DNA from: Nitrososphaerota archaeon
Lineage (GTDB): Archaea > Thermoproteota > Nitrososphaeria > PSMU01
Direction of reading: 5' to 3'
NCBI GenBank assembly: GCA_040290255.1
Contig: PSMU01000003.1
Span: forward strand, 64,001 to 128,000
DNA length: 64,000 nucleotides
The notes under the pieces were generated by a model that was given only the letters and a program-made list of their open reading frames with translations, had not been told where the DNA came from and ran no database searches. This document shows, one piece after another, positions 1-8,749 of this stretch. Both the position numbers and the translations under genes were made by a program. Position 1 is the first letter of the stretch. Each line of letters starts with the position of its first letter.

Positions 1-103
1 GCTCGGCCGCTATGGCCTTCAGCTTGGCGGGCCATCCCGTGCCGGTGAGCCTGCCCAGCGTCCTAAGGCACTCGAGTTCCCTGGCAGTCAGGGGAAGGGT
101 CAA
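1..103 (-). CDS. N-terminus of a probable DtxR/MntR-family metal-dependent HTH regulator (runs off window start)
   Basis: Manual translation from TTG at 103 gives MTLPLTARELECLRTLGRLTGTGWPAKLKAIAAE with no stop. It fits the DtxR N-terminal pattern LTxxExxYLxxI...GxPxRxxxIAxxL. DtxR-like palindromes lie immediately upstream. Confidence 0.6.
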   Translation of the reverse strand, partial: MTLPLTARELECLRTLGRLTGTGWPAKLKAIAAE

Positions 104-104
104 T

Positions 105-139
105 TTAGGTTATTCCTAATAAAATTAGGGCCCCCCTAA
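105..139. promoter_or_regulatory. Tandem palindromic operators TTAGG-N5-CCTAA (DtxR-box-like)
   Basis: TTAGG-TTATT-CCTAA at 105-119 and TTAGG-GCCCC-CCTAA at 125-139, 20-bp period, in an AT-rich divergent promoter; extra CCTAA half site at 152-156. Confidence 0.6.
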
Positions 140-169
140 TAAATCTTTCACCCTAAATTTGGGGGCCCT

Positions 170-877
170 ATGGCCAAGGGGGTGGAGGAGAAGGCCCACC
201 TCAGGGAGAAGGTGTGGCAGCTGTTAAGGGAGAGCGGCGTAGCGCTTCCGCCCTTCCCGCTCGAGGGAAGGATTCCCAACTTCAGGGGGGCCGCGAAGGC
301 CTGCGAAAGGGTCTCCGGCCTTCAGGCCTTTCAGCGGGCCCGGGTGGTGAAGGTGAACCCCGATTCGCCGCAGAGGCATATCAGGTACCTGGCGCTCACG
401 CTGGGCAAGAGCGTCCTGATGCCCACGCCCAGGCTGCGGCAAGGGTTCCTGCTCATACCTCCCCTCGCCTCCGCGCAGGCGGCTGCTGCGTCGACCATAT
501 CGGGGGCCTTCCGCTACGGCAGGAGGGTCCCCCTGCGCGAGGTGCCGAAGGTGGATTTGGTGATCCTGGGCGCCGTGGCCGTTAACGAAAGGGGGGCGAG
601 GCTGGGAAAGGGCGGCGGCTATGCGGACCTAGAGTACGCCCTGCTGAGGGAGGCCGGAAGGCTGAGCGAAGCGACGCCTATCGTGGCGGTGGTGCATGAC
701 CTTCAGGTGCTGGCTGAGGAGATACCCATGCTGCCGCACGATGTCCCCGTAGATGTGATCGTCACGCCCTCAAGGATAATGGCCGTTGAGCCCAGCCACC
801 CCAAGCCCAAGGGCGTGCTAAGGGAGCTTGCCGGCGGCGAGCTCAAGGCGCTCTTGGCCGAGGAGGGGCTGCCATGA
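170..877 (+). CDS. 5-formyltetrahydrofolate cyclo-ligase family protein (MTHFSD-like)
   Basis: Motifs GRIPNF, VKVNPDSPQ, GARLGKGGGYADLEY, HDVPVD. Confidence 0.9.
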   Translation: MAKGVEEKAHLREKVWQLLRESGVALPPFPLEGRIPNFRGAAKACERVSGLQAFQRARVVKVNPDSPQRHIRYLALTLGKSVLMPTPRLRQGFLLIPPLASAQAAAASTISGAFRYGRRVPLREVPKVDLVILGAVAVNERGARLGKGGGYADLEYALLREAGRLSEATPIVAVVHDLQVLAEEIPMLPHDVPVDVIVTPSRIMAVEPSHPKPKGVLRELAGGELKALLAEEGLP

Positions 878-1860
878 GCCGAGAGCCCTTTACGGAGCCC
901 GCGCAGGGCGCGCAGCTTAATACGGGGTGGGCCGAGGGCGCCGCCATGCTCGCCGTGGAGGCCCTTGAGCTGTACAAGCGCTATGGGAAGGTCGTCGCGC
1001 TCAACGGCCTTACGGCGAGCATCCCCGCCGGAAGGGTGGTCTGCATCCTCGGGCCCAACGGCGCGGGCAAGACTACGTTCCTGCACATCATCGCCACCAT
1101 CCTAAAGCCCACGAGGGGCACGGTCAGGGTCTTCGGCCATGACGTCATGAAGGAGGGGGCAAGGGTAAGGGGGCTGGTCGGCATCGCCTTTCAGGAGCCG
1201 AAGCTCTTCTGGCGCTTTTCGCCGGAGGAGGTGCTGAGGCTGCATGCTAGGATCCATAGCATCAGGGACGAGGGCAGAATAGAGGAGGCCCTGAGGAGGC
1301 TCGACCTGTGGAACATCAGGCGGAGGAGCGTGGAGTTCATGTCGGGCGGGGAGAGAAAGAAGGTGGAGATAGCGAAGGTGCTCGTGCAGAGGCCAAAGCT
1401 GGCCATCTTCGATGAGCCCACGACGATGATCGATGTGGAAGGCAAGCACTTCATCTGGGACAGCATAAGGGCCATGGTGAAGGAGGGCTCCTCGGTGCTC
1501 GTCTCCACCAACGAAATCTATGAGGCCGAAGTGCTCGCGGATGAGGTGCTGCTCATATCGAGGGGAAGGCTCATCGCGATGGCCGAGCCGAGGAAGCTGA
1601 AGGAGGAGCTCGTGGGAGGGGATCATGTGGAGCTCATGCTCGAGAGGGTCCCGGACGGCAGGGTCATCGAGGGGATCCGGGAGCTGTCGGGCGCGCTTTC
1701 GTTGGAGGTGGAGGGCAGAAGGGTTTTCCTGAAGGTCCTGCGCTACTGGAACAGCCTGCCGTTCGTGCTGCAGTACCTGGCGGATAAGGGCGTCAGGGTG
1801 CTAGAGGTAAAGGTCAGGGAGCCCACGCTGGACGACGTGCTGGCCAGGCTCGCGAAATGA
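874..1860 (+). CDS. ABC-2/DrrA-type exporter ATP-binding subunit (real start may be ATG 946)
   Basis: Walker A GPNGAGKT, signature MSGGE, Walker B IFDEP, C-terminal PTLDDV; TATA-like CTTAATA at 916-922 precedes ATG 946. Confidence 0.92.
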   Translation: MSREPFTEPAQGAQLNTGWAEGAAMLAVEALELYKRYGKVVALNGLTASIPAGRVVCILGPNGAGKTTFLHIIATILKPTRGTVRVFGHDVMKEGARVRGLVGIAFQEPKLFWRFSPEEVLRLHARIHSIRDEGRIEEALRRLDLWNIRRRSVEFMSGGERKKVEIAKVLVQRPKLAIFDEPTTMIDVEGKHFIWDSIRAMVKEGSSVLVSTNEIYEAEVLADEVLLISRGRLIAMAEPRKLKEELVGGDHVELMLERVPDGRVIEGIRELSGALSLEVEGRRVFLKVLRYWNSLPFVLQYLADKGVRVLEVKVREPTLDDVLARLAK

Positions 1861-2597
1861 GCGTCCTGCCCATCATGCTGACATACATCAGGAACAGGCT
1901 GAGGATAAAGACGGCCCTCCTGGCCTTTTGGGCCGAGGGCGCCTTTTCATCCACCGTCATCGCGCTGGCGCTGGGGGCCATGTCCCGCATACCCAGCTAC
2001 TCGACCTACTACGCGACGGGCGTCTCCATCTACCTGGGCATCAGCTACGGCACGATCGTGGCCAATGAGCTGGTGTGGGAAAGGGGCTGGGAGCTTTACC
2101 TGCTGACCGTTCCCTCGCCCAGGGCGCTCGTGCTGCTGGCGAGGCTGGCCGCCTGGTCCCTGATCTCGCTCGTTTATGGGCTTCCCACGCTGATAGCGGT
2201 GGCGGGCCTCTCCTCGCCACCCGAAGCGCTGCCCGCCGCCCTGGGCATGGCCATGGCCCTGGCCCTGGCCTCCTTCTTGGGCGTTTCCTTCGTGACGATA
2301 ACGAAGCTCAACCCGCTCACGCTCATGGCGCTGCACGCCTTCCTGATGCCCCTGATCACTAGGTTCAGCACGGCCATCTACCCCAGGGTTGCCGCGCCCT
2401 CCTATGCGGCCCCCCTGCTGGCCCTTAATCCCCTGGCCTACATCGCTGACCTGGTGCGGCTGCTGCAGGGCTTCCCCAGCTCCGTCATAGGAGGCGGCCC
2501 GCTCACGCTCGCGCTGAGCCTGGGGTCCTTGCTCGGCCTGGGCTCGCTGGCCCTGCGCCTTTACTCGAGAAGGATAGAGGGGGTCGCCGCGAAGTGA
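1857..2597 (+). CDS. ABC-2 type permease
   Basis: About 6 TM helices, FSTAIYP and LNPLAY motifs, 4-nt overlap with the ATPase. Confidence 0.8.
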   Translation: MSVLPIMLTYIRNRLRIKTALLAFWAEGAFSSTVIALALGAMSRIPSYSTYYATGVSIYLGISYGTIVANELVWERGWELYLLTVPSPRALVLLARLAAWSLISLVYGLPTLIAVAGLSSPPEALPAALGMAMALALASFLGVSFVTITKLNPLTLMALHAFLMPLITRFSTAIYPRVAAPSYAAPLLALNPLAYIADLVRLLQGFPSSVIGGGPLTLALSLGSLLGLGSLALRLYSRRIEGVAAK

Positions 2598-3331
2598 GCG
2601 AGGAGCTCAGGGTCGAGACGCTGCTGGCCTCCACGCTCTCGGCCAAATACGTCAGGTACTTCCTGCCCGAGGTGGGCGTGGGCGCGCTGCTCGACCTGCT
2701 GGCCGTCTATGCGGCGCTGGCGAGGATAGTCGTGATAAAAGATTACCTGGCCTTTCTGCTCCCCGCGCTGCCTCTGCTCTCTTCGCTCATTCACGGCCTT
2801 AACCTCGGCAGGTCGACCTGGTGGTGGATAAACGAGGGCGACGTGCTTTACATCAGATCGCTGCCGGTGCGCCACAGGGCCTTTCTGCTCCTGTATCTTG
2901 CATGGCAGCTGCTGCTAGGCTTCCTCCCCCTCTCGCTGCTCTACTATGCGGCGATGGTCCTGATCGCGGCGCCGCCTTTTAGGCTGTACTTCGTCTTCAT
3001 CAGCTCGACGGCGCTCTTCGCGCTGATGTTCTCCGTGGGGGCAACCATCGCGGCCGTCGTCAAGGACTGGTTCAAGATCTCGGCCTTCAGCGAGCTGGTG
3101 CAGTGGGGCGTGACGGCCCTGACGCCTACGCTGTACGACCTGCGCTTTCTCACCTCCATATCGCCCACGCTGGGGGCGGTGGTGGCCTCCAACCCCCTTA
3201 CGTGGCTGATCCAGCTCGCCCGAGCGGCGATGGGCCCGGGCGACCTCTTAGGCGCCCTTGCGCTCCTCCTGGGCTCGCTGGGCGCCGCCTACGTGCTCTG
3301 CGGCCTCGCATCGGACCATTGGACGGAATGA
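2594..3331 (+). CDS. ABC-2 type permease (second, divergent)
   Basis: Hydrophobic, SLPV, PTLY and NPLTW motifs, 4-nt overlap with the previous gene. Confidence 0.78.
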   Translation: MSEELRVETLLASTLSAKYVRYFLPEVGVGALLDLLAVYAALARIVVIKDYLAFLLPALPLLSSLIHGLNLGRSTWWWINEGDVLYIRSLPVRHRAFLLLYLAWQLLLGFLPLSLLYYAAMVLIAAPPFRLYFVFISSTALFALMFSVGATIAAVVKDWFKISAFSELVQWGVTALTPTLYDLRFLTSISPTLGAVVASNPLTWLIQLARAAMGPGDLLGALALLLGSLGAAYVLCGLASDHWTE

Positions 3332-3606
3332 AGCGAGGGGCCACGAGGGGGCTGTGGGGGGCCGTCGGGATGGGCCGAGCGGATAAGGCCTAGCCTCCTC
3401 CCAACAGCTCCCATGGGAGCTCGTGCCCGTGCCCCAGGGCGCTGGGCGTCATGGGCCCGGCATCGCCAAGAGGCCGGTCGCGAGCGCGGGGGGCCTTCGC
3501 CGTCATGAGGGGGGTGAAGATGGGCGGCCTGGCTCGGAGACCTCCCACTTGCTCCGCATCGATCCCGCGAGCCGGCCTCCTTATCCCCTGCGCCGCAGCG
3601 AGTGTG

Positions 3607-4116
3607 TCACCGGGGCCTAAGCGCGCTACCCGCTTGAGTGGTGCTCAGCCCTCCCTGCTCCTCGGCCTTCAGGGCCTGCAGTATGCGCAGCGCCTCCTGC
3701 ACGTGGCGGGAGTAGCGCAGCTGCGATGAGAAGACATGCCTTATCGTCCCTCCTCGGTCGATGATGAAGGTCACCCTCCCCGGCAGGAGGCCAAAGCTCT
3801 TGGGCACGCGGTACAGGGCCCTGACCCTCCCCCCTTCATCGCTGAGCAGCGTGAAGGGCAGGCGGTGGCGCTGGGCGAACCTGGCATGAGACTCCACGCT
3901 ATCCGAGCTCACGCCCACCACCTGAGCCCCAGCGCTCATGAACGCTTCATAGCTATCCCTAAAGGCGCAGGCCTCCTTCGTGCAGCCGGGCGACTCATCC
4001 CTCGGATAGAAGTACAGCACCACGGGGCCCTTCTGTAGCAGCCGGCTGAGCCTCACCGGGCGCCCGCCCTGATCGGGAAGTTCAAAGTCGGGGGCCGTAT
4101 CTCCCGCCCTGAGCAT
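3607..4116 (-). CDS. bcp: Peroxiredoxin, BCP/PrxQ family
   Basis: APDFEL...LYFYPRDESPGCTKEAC motif. Confidence 0.95.
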   Translation of the reverse strand: MLRAGDTAPDFELPDQGGRPVRLSRLLQKGPVVLYFYPRDESPGCTKEACAFRDSYEAFMSAGAQVVGVSSDSVESHARFAQRHRLPFTLLSDEGGRVRALYRVPKSFGLLPGRVTFIIDRGGTIRHVFSSQLRYSRHVQEALRILQALKAEEQGGLSTTQAGSALRPR

Positions 4117-4175
4117 GGCAAGCAGGGCGCGGCCGGCCCTTTAAGGCCTTTGCATGCTCATGCGCCCGCATAAGC

Positions 4176-5192
4176 CTAGCTGGACAGGAACATCCCCTGC
4201 AGCAGCGTCGGCGAGGGCACCCTGATGCCCGCTTCGGCCAGCTGGCGTTCGAGCAGCGATATGCGCGCATGCCTCGGGTGGCTATACTCCTCCAGCGAAA
4301 CCTCGACCGCCTTCGCGTCGAGCCCCACCAGCGCGCTATAGGGGGCATGATATCTCCCAGGCTCTGCCGCATAATCATCGAGCGCCCTTGCGTAGAGGTA
4401 GCTGACGCGTTCCAGGAGCTGCTCATCGAGCAGCTGCGAGGCGCCAAGAAGGCAGCAGACGTGCTCGGCCAGCTCAGAATAGCGAACCTCCCTAACATAG
4501 CCGCGGCCCACGAGCGAAGAGGCGTAGGGCTCCCATATCGAAACGGCGTCCACACGCCCTGCCTCCAAGAGGCGCATCAGCTCCTGGGGCCCCGAGCAAT
4601 AGGAGAGGGCCCTTAGCTTGGGAAGCACGCCGTGATTCACGGAGGTGGCCAGGAGCATCTCCATGGTCGAGAGCCTCGTGCAGGCGGCCCTGAGCGGCTG
4701 CCCTCGCCTGCGAGGATCCAGTATTACGCTCGCCCCTCCGGCCCCGGCCGGGGCTAAGGCCACCAGGGCCGCGCCCAGGCTGTAGAAGGTGAAGAAGGTG
4801 AGCAGGGGGGCGATGGCCAGCTGCAGGCGATGGGAGCTGAGGTCCTGCATCACATCGATGCCGTTATCGTAGACCCTCAATTGAACCGTGAAGCCCTCCT
4901 GCTTCAGCAGCTTCATCAACGGTACGATGTAGGGGTACTCCGCCGCCCTGACGAGGCCGAGGCGCAGCTCCTTGGGCCTGGCCTCCAGCCCCTCCCTCGA
5001 GCGCAGGTAGACCTTCACATTCCTGCCCCGGACCTCCCGGCCTATGAGGCCCTGCCTTGTAAGCTGCGCCAGGACCTCTGAAACCCTGGCCTTTGAGAGG
5101 CCCGAAGCCCTTACTAGGTCGGCCTGGTAGGCCTCGCCCAGCTCGCGCAGCAGCGCCAACAGGGCCTTTACCGCCCTGGCCCTTCTCGGCAA
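4176..5192 (-). CDS. Winged-HTH regulator fused to a NitT/TauT-like substrate-binding domain
   Basis: N-terminal YQADLVRASGLSKARVSEVLAQL HTH; C-terminal GRVDAVSIWEPY and HVCCLL as in SsuA/NrtA-like binding proteins; no signal peptide. Confidence 0.75.
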   Translation of the reverse strand: MPRRARAVKALLALLRELGEAYQADLVRASGLSKARVSEVLAQLTRQGLIGREVRGRNVKVYLRSREGLEARPKELRLGLVRAAEYPYIVPLMKLLKQEGFTVQLRVYDNGIDVMQDLSSHRLQLAIAPLLTFFTFYSLGAALVALAPAGAGGASVILDPRRRGQPLRAACTRLSTMEMLLATSVNHGVLPKLRALSYCSGPQELMRLLEAGRVDAVSIWEPYASSLVGRGYVREVRYSELAEHVCCLLGASQLLDEQLLERVSYLYARALDDYAAEPGRYHAPYSALVGLDAKAVEVSLEEYSHPRHARISLLERQLAEAGIRVPSPTLLQGMFLSS

Positions 5193-5243
5193 GCTGTGCC
5201 AGTTGGGCCTGGCCGCTTATAGGGTTTATGAAGCCGGCCCCCG

Positions 5244-6425
5244 CTATGCGCTCTCCAGCACCACGGCGAAGCCCTGCCCCCCGCCCACGCAGGCGGTGGC
5301 CACCCCGTACCTTGCCCCTCGATCCCTGAGCGACCTGGCAAGCGTGCCCACCAGCCTGGCCCCCGTCGCGCCCAGGGGGTGGCCAATGGCTATTGCCCCG
5401 CCGTGCACGTTCACCCGGTCGATCTCGAGGCCCAGCTCCCTTATTGCGTACAGCACGACTACCGCGAAGGCCTCGTTGATCTCCCACAGGTCAATATCCT
5501 GCGGCCTTAACCCCGCCCTCTCCAAGGCCTTCCTGCTTGCCGGCACGTTGCCCTTGCCCATGACGCTCGGCGGGACGCCCGCCCACCCAAGGCCCCTGAC
5601 CTTGGCGAGCGGCGTGAGCCCATATTCCCTCACCTTCTTGCCCGACATGAGAAGCACGAGCGAGGCCCCCGCGTTGAAGGGGGAAGAGTTCCCCGCCGTC
5701 ACCCTTCCGTTGGGGAGGAAGGCGGGCCTCAGCTCGCCAAGCCTCTCGAGGCTGGTGTCGGGCCTTATGCCCTGGTCCCTGTCGACGAGCAGCTTCTTGC
5801 CCTCGACCTCCACCTCCACGGGCAGCAGCTCCTTCTTCAGCCATCCCTCCTCGGTCGCCCTGTGGGCCAGCATATGGCTCCTGAGCGCGAATTCATCCAT
5901 CTCCTGTCGGCCTATGCGCGCTTCCTCGGCCAGCCGCTCCGCCGTGAGGCCCATAAAGTAGCCCACGTTCATCTCCAGGTGGGCATAGGCGGGGTCGGTG
6001 AGGAGCCTAAAGCTGGGCTGTATGTGGGGGTTATCCACCATCGGCACGCGCGTCATATGCTCGTAGCCCCCCGCGAGGGCGATGGAGGCGTTGCCCGTCA
6101 TGATCTCCATGGCGGCGAGGGCGACGGCCTGAAGTGAGGAGGCGCACTGCCTCTCCACGCAGGCGGAGGGCACCTCGACGGGCAGGCCGGAGAGGAGCAC
6201 CATATGCCTGCCGCCGAAGCTCCAGTTCTCCGAGACGGGCAGCGCGCAGCCTACGAGCACGTCGTCTATCTCATGCGGCCTTATCGCGTTTCTCCGCACC
6301 ACTTCCCTGATCAGCAGGGCCAAGGCCTCGTCCATCCTCAGCCTGGAATAGACGTCCTTCTCGGGCTCCTTGGGCCTCGACCTGGAAAAGGGGATGCGCA
6401 AATAGTCGGCTATGTAGGCTTCCAC
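5244..6425 (-). CDS. Acetyl-CoA C-acyltransferase (thiolase)
   Basis: QCASS, INEAF, GHPLGATG, CVGGG motifs; start placed at GTG 6425 (MEAYIADY) after an AT-rich promoter. Confidence 0.95.
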   Translation of the reverse strand: MEAYIADYLRIPFSRSRPKEPEKDVYSRLRMDEALALLIREVVRRNAIRPHEIDDVLVGCALPVSENWSFGGRHMVLLSGLPVEVPSACVERQCASSLQAVALAAMEIMTGNASIALAGGYEHMTRVPMVDNPHIQPSFRLLTDPAYAHLEMNVGYFMGLTAERLAEEARIGRQEMDEFALRSHMLAHRATEEGWLKKELLPVEVEVEGKKLLVDRDQGIRPDTSLERLGELRPAFLPNGRVTAGNSSPFNAGASLVLLMSGKKVREYGLTPLAKVRGLGWAGVPPSVMGKGNVPASRKALERAGLRPQDIDLWEINEAFAVVVLYAIRELGLEIDRVNVHGGAIAIGHPLGATGARLVGTLARSLRDRGARYGVATACVGGGQGFAVVLESA

Positions 6426-6496
6426 CGCCTCAGTTAGCCCTAGTCGAAATTTATTCGTTTTGACAAGCATATAACCCGGGCCTGCGGAGCTGCTGC

Positions 6497-7042
6497 ATGG
6501 CCATCAACCTAATCGCCACCACGCCTAGAGGGTTTGAGTATGAGGGCGCCTCCGAGCTGCTGGCGCTGCTGAGGGAGGCGGGCGACGAGAGCCCAAGGAT
6601 TGAAAGGAGCAAGGTGGCCGGCCTGCTGCTCTGTGAGACCGGCCTGCCCGTCTTCGAGGCGCTCTCCAAGATCGCGGAGCTCGTGCGCTCCGACCCCGGC
6701 AGGGTCAGGAGGCTTCAGCGCCTCATACCGGTGGAGAAGGTGGTAAGGAGCGAGCTGGAGGATATAGCGAGGGCGGCGCAGGAGCTGGCCTCTAGGATTG
6801 AAGAGGGCGCCACCTACAGGGTGACGGTGGAGAAAAGGTTCACGGCCCTCTCCTCACGCGAAATAATAGAGAGGATCGCCTCGGGGATTAAGAGGAAGGT
6901 GAGCCTGGAGAGGCCGGACTGGGTGGTGCTGGTGGAGGTCATAGGGGGCCTGACCGCCATCTCCGTGATAAGGCCCGAGCAGGTGCTTAACCTGAGGAGG
7001 ATGGCCGAGGAGCAGGGAGAGGCAGCTACCGCGAAGGGCTAG
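6497..7042 (+). CDS. THUMP-domain RNA-binding protein (Tan1-like)
   Basis: TYRVTVEKR...KVSLERPDWVVLVEVIG THUMP signature. Confidence 0.85.
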   Translation: MAINLIATTPRGFEYEGASELLALLREAGDESPRIERSKVAGLLLCETGLPVFEALSKIAELVRSDPGRVRRLQRLIPVEKVVRSELEDIARAAQELASRIEEGATYRVTVEKRFTALSSREIIERIASGIKRKVSLERPDWVVLVEVIGGLTAISVIRPEQVLNLRRMAEEQGEAATAKG

Positions 7043-7874
7043 GCGCCCTGTATCGCACCTCTTTTCCCTCCCAGATCGCCCTGTCGCCCCAGAGCCCCAG
7101 CCTCCAGGCGTTGAACTCCACCACCTGGCTGTGGTCTATGAAGACGTTCACATCGCGGCCCACATGCTTCAGGTACCATTTGAAGACGGGGGGTTCCGCG
7201 GCCTCGAACATCCACCTTTCATAGCCGAAGCGGTCGACCAGGGCCCTTATTTCGGCCAGCTTCCACTGGGAGGGAGGGAGTCCCTCCGTGACCCCTTCCG
7301 ACTCCAGCATGAGCATCTCGGCGCCCGCCCTCAGGTGCAGCGCCGCCTCCTTGATGACGTCATCAAGGCCCCTGAACTTGGCCTCCTCCGCATAGCCCAC
7401 GACCTCGGTTCCGGCCCCTGCGCCGAGCATAAACGTAATCTCCGGCTTGGGCTTCAGGCCACGCCTCTTCACCTCCTTGACGATCTCCACCTTATCCTCC
7501 AGCGGGATGGGGGCCAGGCCGCTCGAGACCTCCACCACGTCGAAGCCAAGGGCCTTGCACTCCTCGATGTACCTATCCACGGCCTCTGGGCCCTGGACGA
7601 TGACCCTCTCCACGAACCCGCCCGTCGATACGTAGAGCCCGTGGTCGTGGCAGAGGGAGGTGATGGCCTTGACCTTATCCCTATCCAGGAGCCTCATGGA
7701 ACCCCCCGCGAACTTGTATCCATCTATGTATTCTGCCCAGTCCTCCAGCAGGGCCTTCAGGTACCCATAGGTGACCGGCGTGTAGTAGGGGCCCCTGATC
7801 TCGACGATGCCCCTCCTCCTGGGCTTGGGCGGCAGCTCCTCCAGCTTCACGAACGAGAAGGCCTTCTCGCCCAT
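7026..7874 (-). CDS. Phosphosulfolactate synthase (ComA)/HSA32-like TIM-barrel protein
   Basis: KPRxxGxxEIRGPYY, YIDGYKFAGGS, STGG, GFDVVEVSSG, FEAA motifs. Confidence 0.85.
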   Translation of the reverse strand: MGEKAFSFVKLEELPPKPRRRGIVEIRGPYYTPVTYGYLKALLEDWAEYIDGYKFAGGSMRLLDRDKVKAITSLCHDHGLYVSTGGFVERVIVQGPEAVDRYIEECKALGFDVVEVSSGLAPIPLEDKVEIVKEVKRRGLKPKPEITFMLGAGAGTEVVGYAEEAKFRGLDDVIKEAALHLRAGAEMLMLESEGVTEGLPPSQWKLAEIRALVDRFGYERWMFEAAEPPVFKWYLKHVGRDVNVFIDHSQVVEFNAWRLGLWGDRAIWEGKEVRYRAPSPSR

Positions 7875-7912
7875 GATGGCGGGGCCTCATGGGGGATAAA
7901 AAGCTTTGTCGC

Positions 7913-8056
7913 TTAGCTTGCGTATTTATTGGGCTCTCGGTCGAAGGAGGCCTTGCAGGAGGCGGAGCAGAAGTAATACTTCTTGCCGGCATGCTCCGAA
8001 GAGAACCTGGCTCTCCTCTCATCCACCATCATGCCGCAGACCGGGTCCTTGACCAT
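7913..8056 (-). CDS. 47-aa YHS/TRASH-domain metallochaperone (not in ORF track)
   Basis: Manual translation MVKDPVCGMMVDERRARFSSEHAGKKYYFCSASCKASFDREPNKYAS*; DPVCGM...YYFCSxxC signature; close to copA. Confidence 0.93.
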   Translation of the reverse strand: MVKDPVCGMMVDERRARFSSEHAGKKYYFCSASCKASFDREPNKYAS

Positions 8057-8087
8057 GGCCCGCGCTGGGCATGCCCGCTAAAAAGGC

Positions 8088-8102
8088 TTCTGTCAAACAG
8101 AA
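8088..8102. promoter_or_regulatory. Palindrome TTCTGT-CAA-ACAGAA in the divergent promoter of the TRASH and RHH genes
   Basis: Perfect 6-bp arms in an AT-rich gap; a related TTCAT-CAC-ATGAA lies at 8716-8728 before copA. Confidence 0.4.
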
Positions 8103-8126
8103 ATACCAGGGCCCCGCCCTATAGGC

Positions 8127-8654
8127 GTGAAGCAGGGGCAGACGGAGGTCAGGTCCTTCAGGCTCGGCGCGGAGCTGCTGAGGGCGCTCGAGGAGGAGGC
8201 CGCTAAGCTCAGGATGAGCGTGAACGCGCTGGTGAGCAGGCTGGTGACCACGTTCGTGGAGTACGAACGTTACGCCAGGGGGTTTGGGCTCGTAAGGTTG
8301 CCCGCGCCGGTGCTGCGGTACCTGTTGGAGCAGGCGCCCGATGAGGCGGTCATAAGGGCGGCGAAGCTGGCAGGGCAGGAGGTGCCGGAGGCGCTGATCA
8401 GGGCCAAGCTGGGCCCCATGAGCCCACAGGCCGCGCTCGCACACCTGCGGGAGCTGGGGCCCTTCTCGGGGCTCTACGAGTATTCGGAGGGCGCAAGGGG
8501 GCAGTCCAGGACCATAGCCCTGACCCATGGCCTGGGCCTAAAGGGCTCGCTCTTCATAGCCCACTATGCGCAGGCCCTCCTAGAGGGCGCGGGCCTTCAG
8601 GCCATCTTCTCGATAGGCGAGCATGCCGTGCTGCTGGAGCTCAGGGAGCAGTAG
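8127..8654 (+). CDS. Ribbon-helix-helix protein with a C-terminal V4R-like domain
   Basis: VRSFRLGAELLRALEEEAAKLRMSVNALVSRL RHH pattern; C-terminal THGLGLKGSLF resembles a Nitrososphaera-type family. Confidence 0.65.
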   Translation: MKQGQTEVRSFRLGAELLRALEEEAAKLRMSVNALVSRLVTTFVEYERYARGFGLVRLPAPVLRYLLEQAPDEAVIRAAKLAGQEVPEALIRAKLGPMSPQAALAHLRELGPFSGLYEYSEGARGQSRTIALTHGLGLKGSLFIAHYAQALLEGAGLQAIFSIGEHAVLLELREQ

Positions 8655-8749
8655 CACAATGTGTTAGAGCGTGCGCGCACGGCATAAATACGCGTGGAGC
8701 CGCCTTCTATCCCGATTCATCACATGAAGCTTTGCGGAGGTGAGGGGGC

